Notes under the pieces: generated by a model
Told to the model about the DNA's origin: nothing
The model's database searches: none
The model's input: only the letters and a program-made list of their open reading frames with translations
Program-made: the position numbers and the translations under genes
Shown here: positions 10,083-20,080 of the stretch, in pieces
Position numbering within the stretch: position 1 is the stretch's first letter
How the letters are laid out: each line of letters begins with the position of its first letter
Source: Candidatus Tenderia sp.
GTDB taxonomy: Bacteria; Pseudomonadota; Gammaproteobacteria; Tenderiales; Tenderiaceae
Assembly (NCBI GenBank): GCA_031416075.1
Contig: JANOSY010000027.1
Span: 1 to 43,945 of the forward strand
DNA length: 43,945 nt
Direction: 5' to 3'

Positions 10083-11450
10083 TTAATGCTTTATGCCGCT
10101 GCTGGGGAGGCGCGGCTTTTTTTGATCCAGCGGCAGTGGTTCGAGCACTGCGACGGTCAGGCGGTCATCGATCAGGTATTTACGTGCTACGTCACGTATC
10201 TGCTGCGCCGTTACCTGTCGGATCTTGTCGGCATATTGTTGGCCGACACGCCAGCTGAGCCCCATGGTCTCCAGTGAGCCAATCTGCATCGCTTGATAGA
10301 AGACGGAATCTTTTTCGTACACTTCAGAGGCGATCACCTGGGCCTTGATGCGCGCCAGTTCGTCACTGCTGACCAGCTCCTCTTTTACAATTTTAATCTC
10401 GGCGCGAATCGCCTTTTCCAGCTCGGCAATGGTGTGTCCTTTGGCGGGCTGGCCATCAAACATAAACAGGCCGTCAAGCCGGGCAAACGGGCTGTAACCC
10501 GCGCCGGCACTGGTGGCAATCTGTTGGTCGCGGATCAGCCGTTTGGCAAAACGGGCGCTGTTGCCATCATCAAGAATGGAGGAGAGTACCGCCAGGGCAT
10601 ACGGTTCCCACTCATCATTGTTGCCTTTGGCAACGGGTGTTTTGTAGCCCATTAAGAGATAGGGGAGTTCCGCTGGTGCCTTGACCGTAATGCGGCGCTC
10701 ACCCATCTGTGTGACCTCTTTAACCGGTTTAGGCGGGGTGATGGTATCGGGCTGGAGTGGGCCAAAGTACCTCTTTGCCAACTCAAAGACCTCCTCGGGC
10801 TTGACGTCACCTACCACCACCAGCGTGGCGTTATTGGGGGCATACCAGGTTTTGTACCAGGCGCGAATGTCGTTGGCGGTCATATTCTCCAGGTCATTCA
10901 TCCAGCCGATCACGGGCCAGCGGTAGGGGCTGTTGACGAAGGCAACGGCATTGAACGCCTCGCTGGTGAGCGCTTCGGGATCGTCGTCGGTACGCATCCG
11001 ACGCTCCTCCATCACTACCTGCACCTCTTTGGCAAACTCCTCGTCCAGTACCTTCATGTTGCGCATCCGGTCAGACTCCAGCTCCAAGCTGATCGGCAGA
11101 CGATCTTTATGCAGGCGCTGGAAGTAGGCGGTGTAGTCGCGGCTGGTGAAGGCGTTATCCTGGCCGCCGTTGGCAGCGATAATGCGTGAAAACTCCCCGG
11201 GGGCGTGTTTGTCGGTCCCCTTGAACATCATATGCTCAAGGACATGGGCGATGCCGGTGGTGCCGTTCTGTTCGTAGCTGCTGCCTACCTTGTACCAGAC
11301 CATGGAGGCGACAACTGGTGCGCGGTGGTCCTCTTTGACAAAAATTTTCATCCCATTATCGAGACTGTATTCGTGAACTTCGCTGGCGATGACAGGTTGT
11401 ACTATTAATAGTGCGCCAAAAAGGGCGACAAGGGTGTTTCTCTGCTTCAT
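10083..11450 (-). CDS. M16 family zinc peptidase, catalytic subunit
   Basis: Signal peptide; inverted zinc motif HVLEHMMFKGT; NAFTSRDYT; EERRMR. Confidence 0.93.
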   Translation of the reverse strand: MKQRNTLVALFGALLIVQPVIASEVHEYSLDNGMKIFVKEDHRAPVVASMVWYKVGSSYEQNGTTGIAHVLEHMMFKGTDKHAPGEFSRIIAANGGQDNAFTSRDYTAYFQRLHKDRLPISLELESDRMRNMKVLDEEFAKEVQVVMEERRMRTDDDPEALTSEAFNAVAFVNSPYRWPVIGWMNDLENMTANDIRAWYKTWYAPNNATLVVVGDVKPEEVFELAKRYFGPLQPDTITPPKPVKEVTQMGERRITVKAPAELPYLLMGYKTPVAKGNNDEWEPYALAVLSSILDDGNSARFAKRLIRDQQIATSAGAGYSPFARLDGLFMFDGQPAKGHTIAELEKAIRAEIKIVKEELVSSDELARIKAQVIASEVYEKDSVFYQAMQIGSLETMGLSWRVGQQYADKIRQVTAQQIRDVARKYLIDDRLTVAVLEPLPLDQKKPRLPSSGIKH

Positions 11451-11577
11451 GGATGATTCCCTGGCTGAGGATTAATGCCTGAATGTGGTAGCATAGCCTA
11501 CCCGATTATGGTCGACGGTTCGACTGTATCATCAACGGAAAATTCAATTTTTATAACCACATAGCGGTCACAAGATT

Positions 11578-12615
11578 ATGTTCGGCTTTTTAAAGAAAAA
11601 AGACGCGGGCGCGACGCCTGAAAAGCTTGATCAGACGACGTCTGAGACGCCTGTTGTCTTGCCTCAGAGTGAACCCCCTGTGGATAAGGCGGGGTTTTTT
11701 GGTCGCCTGAAGGAGCGTTTAAGCCGTACCAGTAATAACATCACCGATGGGGTGGCGGCACTGGTATTGGGTAAAAAGGCGATTGACGCCGAAGTGCTTG
11801 AGGCGCTGGAGACCCAGCTACTCACCTCCGATGTGGGGGTGGAGGCAACACAGACGATCATTGCTGATCTGACAGCGCGTATGCAGCGTAAACAGCTTAG
11901 CGATGTTGATGCCCTGTTTGCGGCGTTACGCGAGAGTATGTTGCAGATCCTCAGGCCGGTGAGCCGACCATTGCAGGCGACGGTGGAGGGGGGGCCTTTT
12001 GTGATCTTGATGGTGGGCATTAACGGCGCGGGTAAGACCACCACCATCGGCAAGTTGGCCAAACGTTTCCAGGGTGAGAACAGGGCGGTGATGTTGGCGG
12101 CGGGTGATACTTTTCGTGCTGCTGCGGTTGAGCAGTTGCAGGTCTGGGGTGAGCGCAATGGGGTGCACGTTATTGCTCAGCAGCGCGCGGCCGATCCTGC
12201 CGCAGTGATGTTTGATGCGGTGCAGGCCGCCAGGGCGCGGGGTATTGATGTTTTGATTGCCGATACCGCCGGGCGTCTCCATACCCAGTCTAACCTGATG
12301 GAAGAGCTGAAAAAGATCAAACGGGTGATGGGCAAGGTTGATCCCCATGCCCCCCATGAGGTGTTACTGGTTCTGGATGGCGGGATTGGCCAAAATGCTG
12401 TGGTTCAGGCTGAGCAGTTCTATCAGGCGGTAGGTGTGACGGGGCTGGTGCTGACCAAGCTGGATGGTACCGCCAAAGGTGGCGTGATCTTTGCCATTGC
12501 CAAAAAACTGGGGCTGCCGATCCGTTTTATCGGTGTTGGGGAGGGGATTGATGATCTACGTGATTTTAATCCAGAAGAGTTTGTCGACGCACTGTTGGCA
12601 AGACCAGAGCAGTAA
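11578..12615 (+). CDS. ftsY: Signal recognition particle receptor FtsY
   Basis: GINGAGKTTTIGKLA, DTFRAAA, DTAGRLH, TKLDGTAKGG. Confidence 0.97.
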   Translation: MFGFLKKKDAGATPEKLDQTTSETPVVLPQSEPPVDKAGFFGRLKERLSRTSNNITDGVAALVLGKKAIDAEVLEALETQLLTSDVGVEATQTIIADLTARMQRKQLSDVDALFAALRESMLQILRPVSRPLQATVEGGPFVILMVGINGAGKTTTIGKLAKRFQGENRAVMLAAGDTFRAAAVEQLQVWGERNGVHVIAQQRAADPAAVMFDAVQAARARGIDVLIADTAGRLHTQSNLMEELKKIKRVMGKVDPHAPHEVLLVLDGGIGQNAVVQAEQFYQAVGVTGLVLTKLDGTAKGGVIFAIAKKLGLPIRFIGVGEGIDDLRDFNPEEFVDALLARPEQ

Positions 12616-12639
12616 TTTTCAGGGCAGTACACTTCGCAC

Positions 12640-13317
12640 ATGATTCAATTTACCAAAGTCAGCAAGCGCTACACCAATGGGTTTGTGGCGCTGAACAACG
12701 TTAGTTTCCAAGTCGAGCGCGGCGAGATGGTATTTCTCACCGGCCATTCGGGGGCGGGCAAGAGCACAGTATTGAAGATGATCCCGCTGCTGGAGCGCCA
12801 GAGTGAGGGGCAGATTGTTATTGATAACAAGGAGTTGAGCGGCATCAAACGACGCCATATTCCGGCGTTGCGTCGTGATATCGGCATTATCTTCCAGGAC
12901 AGTAAGTTGCTGAATGACCGGAATGTCTTTGATAACGTGGCGCTGCCACTGCTGCTTTCGGGTGACCACCATCCGCGTGAAATCGGGCGGCGAGTGCGGG
13001 CAGCACTGGATAAGGTGGGATTGCTGGAGCGCGAACAGGAGTCAACGCTGGCGCTCTCCGGCGGAGAGCGCCAGCGGGTGGGCATCGCCCGGGCGGTGGT
13101 GAATCGCCCCAAGGTGCTGATTGCCGACGAACCTACGGGGAATCTTGATCCAGCACTGTCGCAAGAGATCATGACACTTTTTGAACAGTTTCAGCAGGTG
13201 GGGGTGACGGTGTTGATCGCCTCTCACGACCTTGGGTTGATTGGTCGTATGAACAAGCGGATTTTGGCGCTGGACCATGGGCAGTTGGTGGAGTTTCAGG
13301 CGGAGGAGTCTTTATGA
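12640..13317 (+). CDS. ftsE: Cell division ATP-binding protein FtsE
   Basis: GHSGAGKST, LSGGERQR, IADEPTGNLD; ftsYEX order. Confidence 0.96.
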   Translation: MIQFTKVSKRYTNGFVALNNVSFQVERGEMVFLTGHSGAGKSTVLKMIPLLERQSEGQIVIDNKELSGIKRRHIPALRRDIGIIFQDSKLLNDRNVFDNVALPLLLSGDHHPREIGRRVRAALDKVGLLEREQESTLALSGGERQRVGIARAVVNRPKVLIADEPTGNLDPALSQEIMTLFEQFQQVGVTVLIASHDLGLIGRMNKRILALDHGQLVEFQAEESL

Positions 13318-14291
13318 GCAGCAGTGAACGCCGTCCGCCCAGTGTGCGGCGTAACCGTCCAAGCCTCAAGGCGCGGCTACAGAACTATCTCGCCCTCCAT
13401 TTCCATGTCTTGACCAGCAGTCTTGGGCTGTTGGGGCGGATGCCGCTCTCAACGTTTATGGCAGTGATGGTGATAGGTGTCGCTCTGGCGTTGCCCGCCA
13501 TGCTCCACGTATCGCTCAGTAAGGTACAGAGCCTAGGGGCGGCGTGGCAGGAGTCAGCCCAGATCTCCCTGTTTCTACGCGATACCCTCTCAGAAAATGG
13601 CGCGTTGGCACTGCAGTCAGAGGTGAAGGGCTGGCCTGAGATCAGCAGCGTTAAATATATTAGCGCTGAGCAGGCGCTGGAAGAGTTTCGTCAGGGCTCA
13701 GGCCTGGGCGATGTGATTCATATGCTGGATAAAAACCCCTTGCCTGCGGTATTGGTGGTCTACCCCAAACTTGATCAGAGCACAACGCTGGATACCGAGG
13801 TGCTGCTGAGCAAGCTGCGCGCCCGCCCAGAAGTGGAGCAGGCCCAGCTTGATCTGGAGTGGGTACAGCGGCTGCATGGGCTGATCGATCTGGCTAACCG
13901 TGCGGTGCTGGTATTTGGCCTGCTGCTGGCACTGGCGGTGCTGTTTGTGATTGGCAATACCATTCGCATGGCGATCCAGAACCGTCGTGATGAGATTGAA
14001 GTGATCAAGCTGATAGGGGGGAGCAACGCCTTTGTGCGTCGCCCATTCCTTTATAGTGGTATCTGGTACGGCCTGTTTGGCGGATTGGTCGCGTGGTTGC
14101 TGGTGAATGTATTGTTGCTGCTGCTGGATGGCCCGGTGCAGCAGCTGGCGGCCCTGTATGGCAGCGATTTTGCCCTTGGGTTGATTGGTTTGGATACCAC
14201 ATTGTTGTTGTTGCTGGCCGGACCTCTGTTGGGTTTAATGGGGGCCTGGCTGGTGGCTGGGCGGCGCATACGGACGATTGAGCCTGTCTGA
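13314..14291 (+). CDS. ftsX: Cell division permease FtsX
   Basis: Four TM helices, NPLP, IGNTIR, KLIGGS.AFVRRPFLY. Confidence 0.96.
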   Translation: MSSSERRPPSVRRNRPSLKARLQNYLALHFHVLTSSLGLLGRMPLSTFMAVMVIGVALALPAMLHVSLSKVQSLGAAWQESAQISLFLRDTLSENGALALQSEVKGWPEISSVKYISAEQALEEFRQGSGLGDVIHMLDKNPLPAVLVVYPKLDQSTTLDTEVLLSKLRARPEVEQAQLDLEWVQRLHGLIDLANRAVLVFGLLLALAVLFVIGNTIRMAIQNRRDEIEVIKLIGGSNAFVRRPFLYSGIWYGLFGGLVAWLLVNVLLLLLDGPVQQLAALYGSDFALGLIGLDTTLLLLLAGPLLGLMGAWLVAGRRIRTIEPV

Positions 14292-14318
14292 GATGGACCG
14301 TTTTTGTCAGGATGTGCT

Positions 14319-14346
14319 GAACTTTTGCCCCAGATTCGCACTCCTA
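14319..14346 (+). promoter_or_regulatory. Putative sigmaE (RpoE)-dependent promoter of rpoH
   Basis: GAACTT -35 at 14319-14324 with a TCCTA -10-like element at 14342-14346; sigmaE promoters upstream of rpoH are established in Gammaproteobacteria. Confidence 0.5.
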
Positions 14347-14361
14347 GAAGCTGAGTGCTAA
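14335..14361. promoter_or_regulatory. CIRCE element (HrcA operator)
   Basis: TTcGCACTC-N9-GAGTGCTAA, one mismatch to the consensus TTAGCACTC-N9-GAGTGCTAA, upstream of rpoH. Confidence 0.85.
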
Positions 14362-14487
14362 TATGTTATGTAGTAAAGTACTGTTAAAAGAACCCGTCCG
14401 CTGCCGTTAAGAGCGACGCCGGGGTTGAGAAAATACTTGAACGTCTACACCTAAAAATACTTTCGGGAATAGAAGGGTACGCTGACA

Positions 14488-15339
14488 ATGAGTAAAGGTA
14501 TGGATTTGGAACTGGTTCTCCCAACGGGCAGCCTGGAAGCCTATCAGGCCGCCGTCTCCCGTATTGCGGTGCTGAGCGCCGAGGAGGAGCTGGAACTCGC
14601 CACCCGGTTACACCGTGATAATGATCTGGACGCAGCCCGTCGGCTGGTCCTCTCTCACCTCCGTTTTGTCGCCTATATTGCCCGCGGTTACCGTGGTTAT
14701 GGCCTGCCGGAGGCGGACTTGATTCAGGAGGGCAGTATTGGCCTGATGAAGGCGGTTAAACGGTTTGACTCGACTATGAACGTGCGTCTGGCCTCGTTTG
14801 CTGTGCATTGGATTAAGGCAGAGATCCACGAATATGTGTTGAGGAACTGGCGCATCGTCAAGGTGGCGACCACTAAAGCCCAGCGCAAGCTCTTTTTCAA
14901 TCTGCGTAAAGCCCGTTCACGCCTCGGCTGGATGACGCAGGAGGAGATTGAGGCGGTTGCCAATGATTTAGGGGTGACAACTGAAAATGTGATGGAGATG
15001 GAGGCGCGCCTCAACTCTCACGACGCCTCGTTTGATCCTTATGTGGGGGAGGGTGATGATGACCATTTTGGTGCCCCTGCTGGCTATCTTACCGATCAGC
15101 GTCTCGATCCTGCCATGGAGCTTGAGGAAGAGCAGTGGGCAGAGCAGAATGAGGCGCAGCTTAAAAACGCGATGGCGCAGCTCGATGAGCGCAGCCTCGA
15201 TATCCTGCATAGTCGCTGGCTGGCGGATGATAAGGCAACATTGCATGAGTTGGCGGATAAGTATGGGGTCTCTGCTGAGCGGGTCCGCCAGCTTGAGGGT
15301 AACGCCATTAAAAAGCTGAAGGCGGCATTTGTTGCCTGA
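14488..15339 (+). CDS. rpoH: RNA polymerase sigma-32 factor
   Basis: RpoH box region [24 protein letters not shown], region 4 [10 protein letters not shown]; lies after ftsX. Confidence 0.97.
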   Translation: MSKGMDLELVLPTGSLEAYQAAVSRIAVLSAEEELELATRLHRDNDLDAARRLVLSHLRFVAYIARGYRGYGLPEADLIQEGSIGLMKAVKRFDSTMNVRLASFAVHWIKAEIHEYVLRNWRIVKVATTKAQRKLFFNLRKARSRLGWMTQEEIEAVANDLGVTTENVMEMEARLNSHDASFDPYVGEGDDDHFGAPAGYLTDQRLDPAMELEEEQWAEQNEAQLKNAMAQLDERSLDILHSRWLADDKATLHELADKYGVSAERVRQLEGNAIKKLKAAFVA

Positions 15340-15362
15340 TAGTGGTTAATTCTGTCAGTCAG

Positions 15363-15394
15363 GAACCGGGCCCCAAGTGGCCCGGTTCTGTTTT
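15363..15394 (+). terminator. rpoH intrinsic terminator
   Basis: GAACCGGGCC-ccaagt-GGCCCGGTTC followed by TGTTTT. Confidence 0.8.
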
Positions 15395-15444
15395 AGGGGT
15401 TAACAGCCAGCGACACTGGGGGGAAATCCGGTTAAAATCCCCGA

Positions 15445-16905
15445 ATGTTTTTTAGTGACGACCGTAAACATTTTTTTCGCCCCCTCAACAGCAAATACCG
15501 CGAACAGATCGTGGAGTGTCTGCGAGAGCTTTACGCCCGTCTCTATAGTTCGGTGGCCGATTATCGCCGTGCCTTAAACCGTGAACAGCTGGTTGAAATC
15601 TTCCAGGAGGCGTTGGTGCGCGCGCCGCTGCTCGACGAAGATGTTGCTAACGAACATACGGCCCCAGCACGCAGTGAGCGCGAACAGGCCAACTGGATAC
15701 TCAACCAGCTGCTTGATTACGGTTGGCTCGAACGTCTTGTTGATGAGGCGACCTTGCAAAGCAGTTATGCCTTTACCCGCGTTGGCCGCCTCTTCACCCA
15801 GCCGATGGTCGAGACCGCCGGTGGCCGCTTCCGCACCCGTCATCGCAACACCCGTAACACCCGCAACGCGCTGCAATCGTTTCTCGACAAGGGCGAGGTC
15901 TACGACTTGCTCGACGCCTTTGAATATTCAGAGCGCATCATCAGCGACTTCAGCGACTTCAGCGACGTCATCGCCGAACTCGACGAACGCAAACGGCAGC
16001 TGGTACAGGAGGTGGAGGCGCAGCAGATCGTGCAGCGCGCCAGCGATGAGTTCTTCGACTTTATGGAGAAGCGCTTCATGCCCGACCTGGCGGTGCGCCT
16101 CTCTGCCGACAGTGTCGAAAAGTATCGCGACGAGATTCAAACGCTCATCAATAATGCCCGCCGCAAGCGCAAGGAGTTTAAGGCCGATGCCGAGCGTGAG
16201 TTGCGTAAGGTTGCACCGGAGCTGATTGGCGATCCCAAACGCTCGCTATACCTCACTGTGCTTGATGGTATTGAGAGTCGTATGCACAGCGCTGCTGAGA
16301 CTATGTTGCCGGCACTGCGTCACGCGCTCAACAGCTTCACCCGTCGTGCTGACATTATTATTCGCCAGCTCAGTTATTCCACCGCAGGTCATCAGAACAG
16401 ATTGTTGGAGATCTGCCAGCAGCTCTGCGAGCTGCCCGTAGAGGAGCAGGCACAGCGACTTGCCGCCGCTGGTGAGGCATTGTCATCGCTGAATGTTGCG
16501 ATGGTCGATCCTGGCGCACTGCGTATACACACTGGCCGCGTGCGGCGCGTAGTCAATACCACTGTTGAGGTCCACGGTGAAGTGGATCGCGAGTCGCGCA
16601 AAAATCTCTTCCTGCACCAGGCGGTGGAGAGTGCCTTTGCTGTGAATAGCCAGGCGCAGCGCGAGTACGTGGTGGCGGCATTGAGTGGCGGCCACCGCCT
16701 GCGTAGCCAAAATCTACCGGTGCATAATGCTAAAGAGTTGTTGATGAGTGCCCATGTGATTGAGCTGGGTGCTGCCGGCAACTCCAGTGAATACCGTTTT
16801 CAAATTGAGGCGACCGGGCAGTTGGTGAGCACCGACTATTTTGAGACGTGCGACGAGTTTGTCATCGAACTTAAAGAACAAGAGCAGGATAACCATGCTG
16901 AGTGA
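15445..16905 (+). CDS. jetA: Wadjet JetA / MksF kleisin-like subunit
   Basis: 486-aa helical protein with winged-helix-like N-terminus (FFRPL, LLDYGWLE); first gene of an operon with JetB-, JetC- and JetD-like ORFs. Call relies mostly on size and context. Confidence 0.8.
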   Translation: MFFSDDRKHFFRPLNSKYREQIVECLRELYARLYSSVADYRRALNREQLVEIFQEALVRAPLLDEDVANEHTAPARSEREQANWILNQLLDYGWLERLVDEATLQSSYAFTRVGRLFTQPMVETAGGRFRTRHRNTRNTRNALQSFLDKGEVYDLLDAFEYSERIISDFSDFSDVIAELDERKRQLVQEVEAQQIVQRASDEFFDFMEKRFMPDLAVRLSADSVEKYRDEIQTLINNARRKRKEFKADAERELRKVAPELIGDPKRSLYLTVLDGIESRMHSAAETMLPALRHALNSFTRRADIIIRQLSYSTAGHQNRLLEICQQLCELPVEEQAQRLAAAGEALSSLNVAMVDPGALRIHTGRVRRVVNTTVEVHGEVDRESRKNLFLHQAVESAFAVNSQAQREYVVAALSGGHRLRSQNLPVHNAKELLMSAHVIELGAAGNSSEYRFQIEATGQLVSTDYFETCDEFVIELKEQEQDNHAE

Positions 16906-17572
16906 AGCGCTGCGCGACAGACTGGCGCGCGAAAACATAACGCTTGAAGAGTTTCAGGAGTTACTGATTCGCCTGATGAATTACGGCGTTTTGAGTCGTC
17001 AGGAGAGTCAGACCGAACAGCAGCTGTATGACCGTTATCTGCGTAGTGCCGAATGGGTGGATGAGTATCTCAGCCTGCTCGGCATCCGTATTCATCACGA
17101 TCGTCGTTTTGAATATATTCGTCTCTATCCGCCGAGCAGCCGTATACCCGGTATGGACGAGGCGGGTGATAACGCCTTCAGTGGCAGCCTGCGCGCCCGT
17201 CTCAGTCAAAACGAAGTGGCGCTGATCCTGATGCTGCGCAGCCAGTACGATAAGGCGCTGCGTGAAGGCAAGGTTGATGAACATGGCTATGTCGCTGAGT
17301 CGATGGAGTCGATCAGCATTGCGCTAAAAAATCTGCTGGGTCGTACCCTGCCCGACAAAATTATGGAACGTCGTCGTCTCTTTCAGCGTCTGCGTCAGTT
17401 GCGTCTTGTGCAATACAATCAGGATGAGACACTGGAGAGTGGCGAAGGGTGGCTGAGGATTCACCCTATGATTGTTAGTTTTGTGGATGATGAGGCACTG
17501 CTGGCGCTAGAGCAGGGTGGTGCAGTAGCCGCATCTGGCAAGGGTGATGATGAAGAGGCTCAATTCTCATGA
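16895..17572 (+). CDS. jetB: Wadjet JetB / MksE (DUF4194-like KITE subunit)
   Basis: 225 aa; EYLSLLGIRI, LILMLRSQYD, LRIHPMI pattern; overlaps the jetA stop; RBS CAGGA before ATG 16895. Confidence 0.82.
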   Translation: MLSEALRDRLARENITLEEFQELLIRLMNYGVLSRQESQTEQQLYDRYLRSAEWVDEYLSLLGIRIHHDRRFEYIRLYPPSSRIPGMDEAGDNAFSGSLRARLSQNEVALILMLRSQYDKALREGKVDEHGYVAESMESISIALKNLLGRTLPDKIMERRRLFQRLRQLRLVQYNQDETLESGEGWLRIHPMIVSFVDDEALLALEQGGAVAASGKGDDEEAQFS

Positions 17573-17645
17573 ATGGAAATATCGTCTTGTCATTTCACTG
17601 TCCTAGTCTGGATGTTAATACGGGTATTAGAAATTGGGGGCTTAT

Positions 17646-19121
17646 ATGATGCTTGATAGGGTAAGGCTAGAGGCAACCGCGAAAATGGATCGGCGGCAGC
17701 GCTCCGAGCTTGGACAGTTCCTTACGCCATCAAACATAGCCAGATTTATGGCGACACTCTTTCGTCCTGGTAATTTCGACAACAACATGGAAGATGCGCG
17801 TCTTCTGGATGCAGGTGCAGGAGTGGGTTCTCTCAGCGCAGCTTTTCTGGAGCGTTGGAGCGATGGCGAATTTAAATTCCGATCTGTCTCTGCGACTGCT
17901 TATGAGGTTGACGATAGTTTGAGAGGGCATTTAACACAGACTCTGAAAAATTATGTTGATCGGCTTAAATTATCTGTTGCTATTTCAGGTGATGATTTTG
18001 TCGAGAGTGCGGTTAATCAGCTTCAGTTTCAAAGGGGTATGAGTTTTACTCATGCGATCCTAAATCCTCCATATAAAAAAATTTCCAGTCGTTCTCATCA
18101 CCGTTTGTTGTTGCGGCAGGCAGGGATAGAGACGGTCAATCTCTACACGGCTTTTGTGGCATTGGCTATCTCCCTGCTGACCCCTGGAGGCCAGTTGGTT
18201 GCAATTATCCCGCGTAGTTTTTGTAATGGCCCCTATTATCGTCCATTCCGTGAGTTTTTGATGAGGCAGGTGGCTATCCATCATATTCATCTCTTCGCCT
18301 CCAGAAACAAAGCGTTCAAAGATGATGATGTGCTACAGGAAAATATCATTCTGATGCTGGAGCGGGACGCCGAGCAGGGAGCCGTGAAGATATCTACATC
18401 AACAGATGACAGCTTTGCTGACTACATGGAACATGACCATCCATTTGATCGTGTTGTCTTCCCAGGTGATATTGAGTCTTTCATCCATGTGCCCACAACG
18501 CCCGAACATAGCGCGATGGAGCTGTCATCAGCCTTTGTTTGCTCACTGGCAGATATAGGCATGAATGTTTCAACGGGACCGGTTGTAGATTTCAGGTTGA
18601 AAGAATTTTTGAGAATGAGTCCCGAGTCTGGCACTGTTCCACTGCTTTACCCAGCACACTTTACGGGTCAAAGAGTTGAATGGCCTAAGGAGGGTATAAA
18701 AAAACCCAATGCCATGGTCCATAACTCAGAGACAGAGAAATGGCTCTATCCTAATGGTTTCTATGTTGTGGTCAGACGGTTTTCATCCAAGGAAGAGAAA
18801 CGGCGCATCGTCGCAAGCCTTGTGAGTCCTGCGTTATGCGATACCACGCATATAGGTTTTGAAAATCACCTGAACGTGTTTCATTATTCAAAACATGGGC
18901 TGTCAGAAGATCTTGCCTGTGGGCTGATGGTCTATTTGAACAGTACAACAGTAGATGATCACTTCCGGCGCTTTAGCGGACACACTCAAGTTAACGCAAC
19001 GGACTTGCGGCTTATGAAATATCCAAAGCGTAAGACGCTTGCTGAACTTGGTTGTTGGGCAAAGGAGCGTGGAGAGCTGACACAACAACAGATTGACGAA
19101 AAGGTGGGGAGTATCGCATGA
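17646..19121 (+). CDS. Type II N6-adenine DNA methyltransferase (gamma class, M.BsuBI/M.PstI-like)
   Basis: GQFLTP, motif I LLDAGAGVGSL, motif IV ILNPPY, NLYTAFV, PRSFCNGPY, STGPVVDFR, FENHLN, FSGHTQVNATDL. Confidence 0.93.
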   Translation: MMLDRVRLEATAKMDRRQRSELGQFLTPSNIARFMATLFRPGNFDNNMEDARLLDAGAGVGSLSAAFLERWSDGEFKFRSVSATAYEVDDSLRGHLTQTLKNYVDRLKLSVAISGDDFVESAVNQLQFQRGMSFTHAILNPPYKKISSRSHHRLLLRQAGIETVNLYTAFVALAISLLTPGGQLVAIIPRSFCNGPYYRPFREFLMRQVAIHHIHLFASRNKAFKDDDVLQENIILMLERDAEQGAVKISTSTDDSFADYMEHDHPFDRVVFPGDIESFIHVPTTPEHSAMELSSAFVCSLADIGMNVSTGPVVDFRLKEFLRMSPESGTVPLLYPAHFTGQRVEWPKEGIKKPNAMVHNSETEKWLYPNGFYVVVRRFSSKEEKRRIVASLVSPALCDTTHIGFENHLNVFHYSKHGLSEDLACGLMVYLNSTTVDDHFRRFSGHTQVNATDLRLMKYPKRKTLAELGCWAKERGELTQQQIDEKVGSIA

Positions 19122-20062
19122 AAAATGATGAAATAATTGCCGATGCCATCCAGATCCTCGTGCAGGTGGGCTTGCCTCGTGCACAGCAGAACGAACGTTC
19201 AGCACTCTGTTTATTGGCGCTGATAAATCTTACGCCTGAGAAAAAATGGCGTCAGGCGGAGGCCCCCCTCATCGGTATTACTCCAATCATGGATTGGGCG
19301 CGTGATCATTATAATAAAGACTACGCTCCGAATACTCGGGAGACAGTGCGCCGACAGACCATTCATCAATTTGTAGATACAGGCATTGCTCTCCGTAATC
19401 CCGATGACCCAGATAGGCCCGTGAATAGTCCAAAAACTGTTTATCAGATTGAGACGGAAACTTTAGTATTGCTAAAAGCCTATAGAACAAGAGCATGGAA
19501 GAGCCAGTTGGCGGTCTACCTTGCTACACACCAATCACTCACCGAGCGTTACGCCCGTGAGCGTGAACATAATCGCGTCCCAGTACAGATTGCGCCGGGC
19601 AAGAAACTTTGTCTTAGTTCTGGCGAACATAGTGTTTTGATTAGAAATATTATTGAAAAATTTGCGCCATGCTTTGTGCCAGGCGGCACGTTAGTGTACG
19701 TCGGCGATACCGGTAATAAATGGGGTTACTTCGATGATGCCATGTTGCGGGATGAGTTGGGGGTTGTTGTCGACGCCCACGGCAAGATGCCAGATGTTGT
19801 GCTCTATTACCCCGAGCGTAATTGGCTGTTGCTGGTGGAGGCGGTTACCAGTCACGGGCCTGTGGATGGTAAGCGACATCATGAGTTGGCGCGTCTCTTT
19901 GCCAAGGCTACGGCAGGCCTTGTTTATGTCACTGCCTTTATTGATCGTGCGGCGATGGCTCGTTATCTTCCGGAGATTGCCTGGGAGAGTGAAGTGTGGG
20001 TTGCTGATGCACCCTCTCATCTCATTCACTTTAACGGTGAACGGTTTCTCGGCCCTTACTGA
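19118..20062 (+). CDS. BsuBI/PstI family type II restriction endonuclease
   Basis: YAPNTRETVRRQTIHQF, NSPKTVY, LSSGEHS, catalytic KMPDVV...LVEAVTSHGP, IAWESEVW, HLIHFNGERFLGPY; ATGA overlap with the methyltransferase. Confidence 0.93.
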   Translation: MKNDEIIADAIQILVQVGLPRAQQNERSALCLLALINLTPEKKWRQAEAPLIGITPIMDWARDHYNKDYAPNTRETVRRQTIHQFVDTGIALRNPDDPDRPVNSPKTVYQIETETLVLLKAYRTRAWKSQLAVYLATHQSLTERYAREREHNRVPVQIAPGKKLCLSSGEHSVLIRNIIEKFAPCFVPGGTLVYVGDTGNKWGYFDDAMLRDELGVVVDAHGKMPDVVLYYPERNWLLLVEAVTSHGPVDGKRHHELARLFAKATAGLVYVTAFIDRAAMARYLPEIAWESEVWVADAPSHLIHFNGERFLGPY

Positions 20063-20080
20063 TTTTGACAGGATTTTATA

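Noticed and set aside
17573-20080. Absence of CTGCAG in the R-M cassette as evidence of PstI specificity or site avoidance
   Set aside because: 2.5 kb is too short to be informative, and CTGCAG occurs elsewhere (672, 13611, 22160, 24722). Specificity cannot be assigned from this window.
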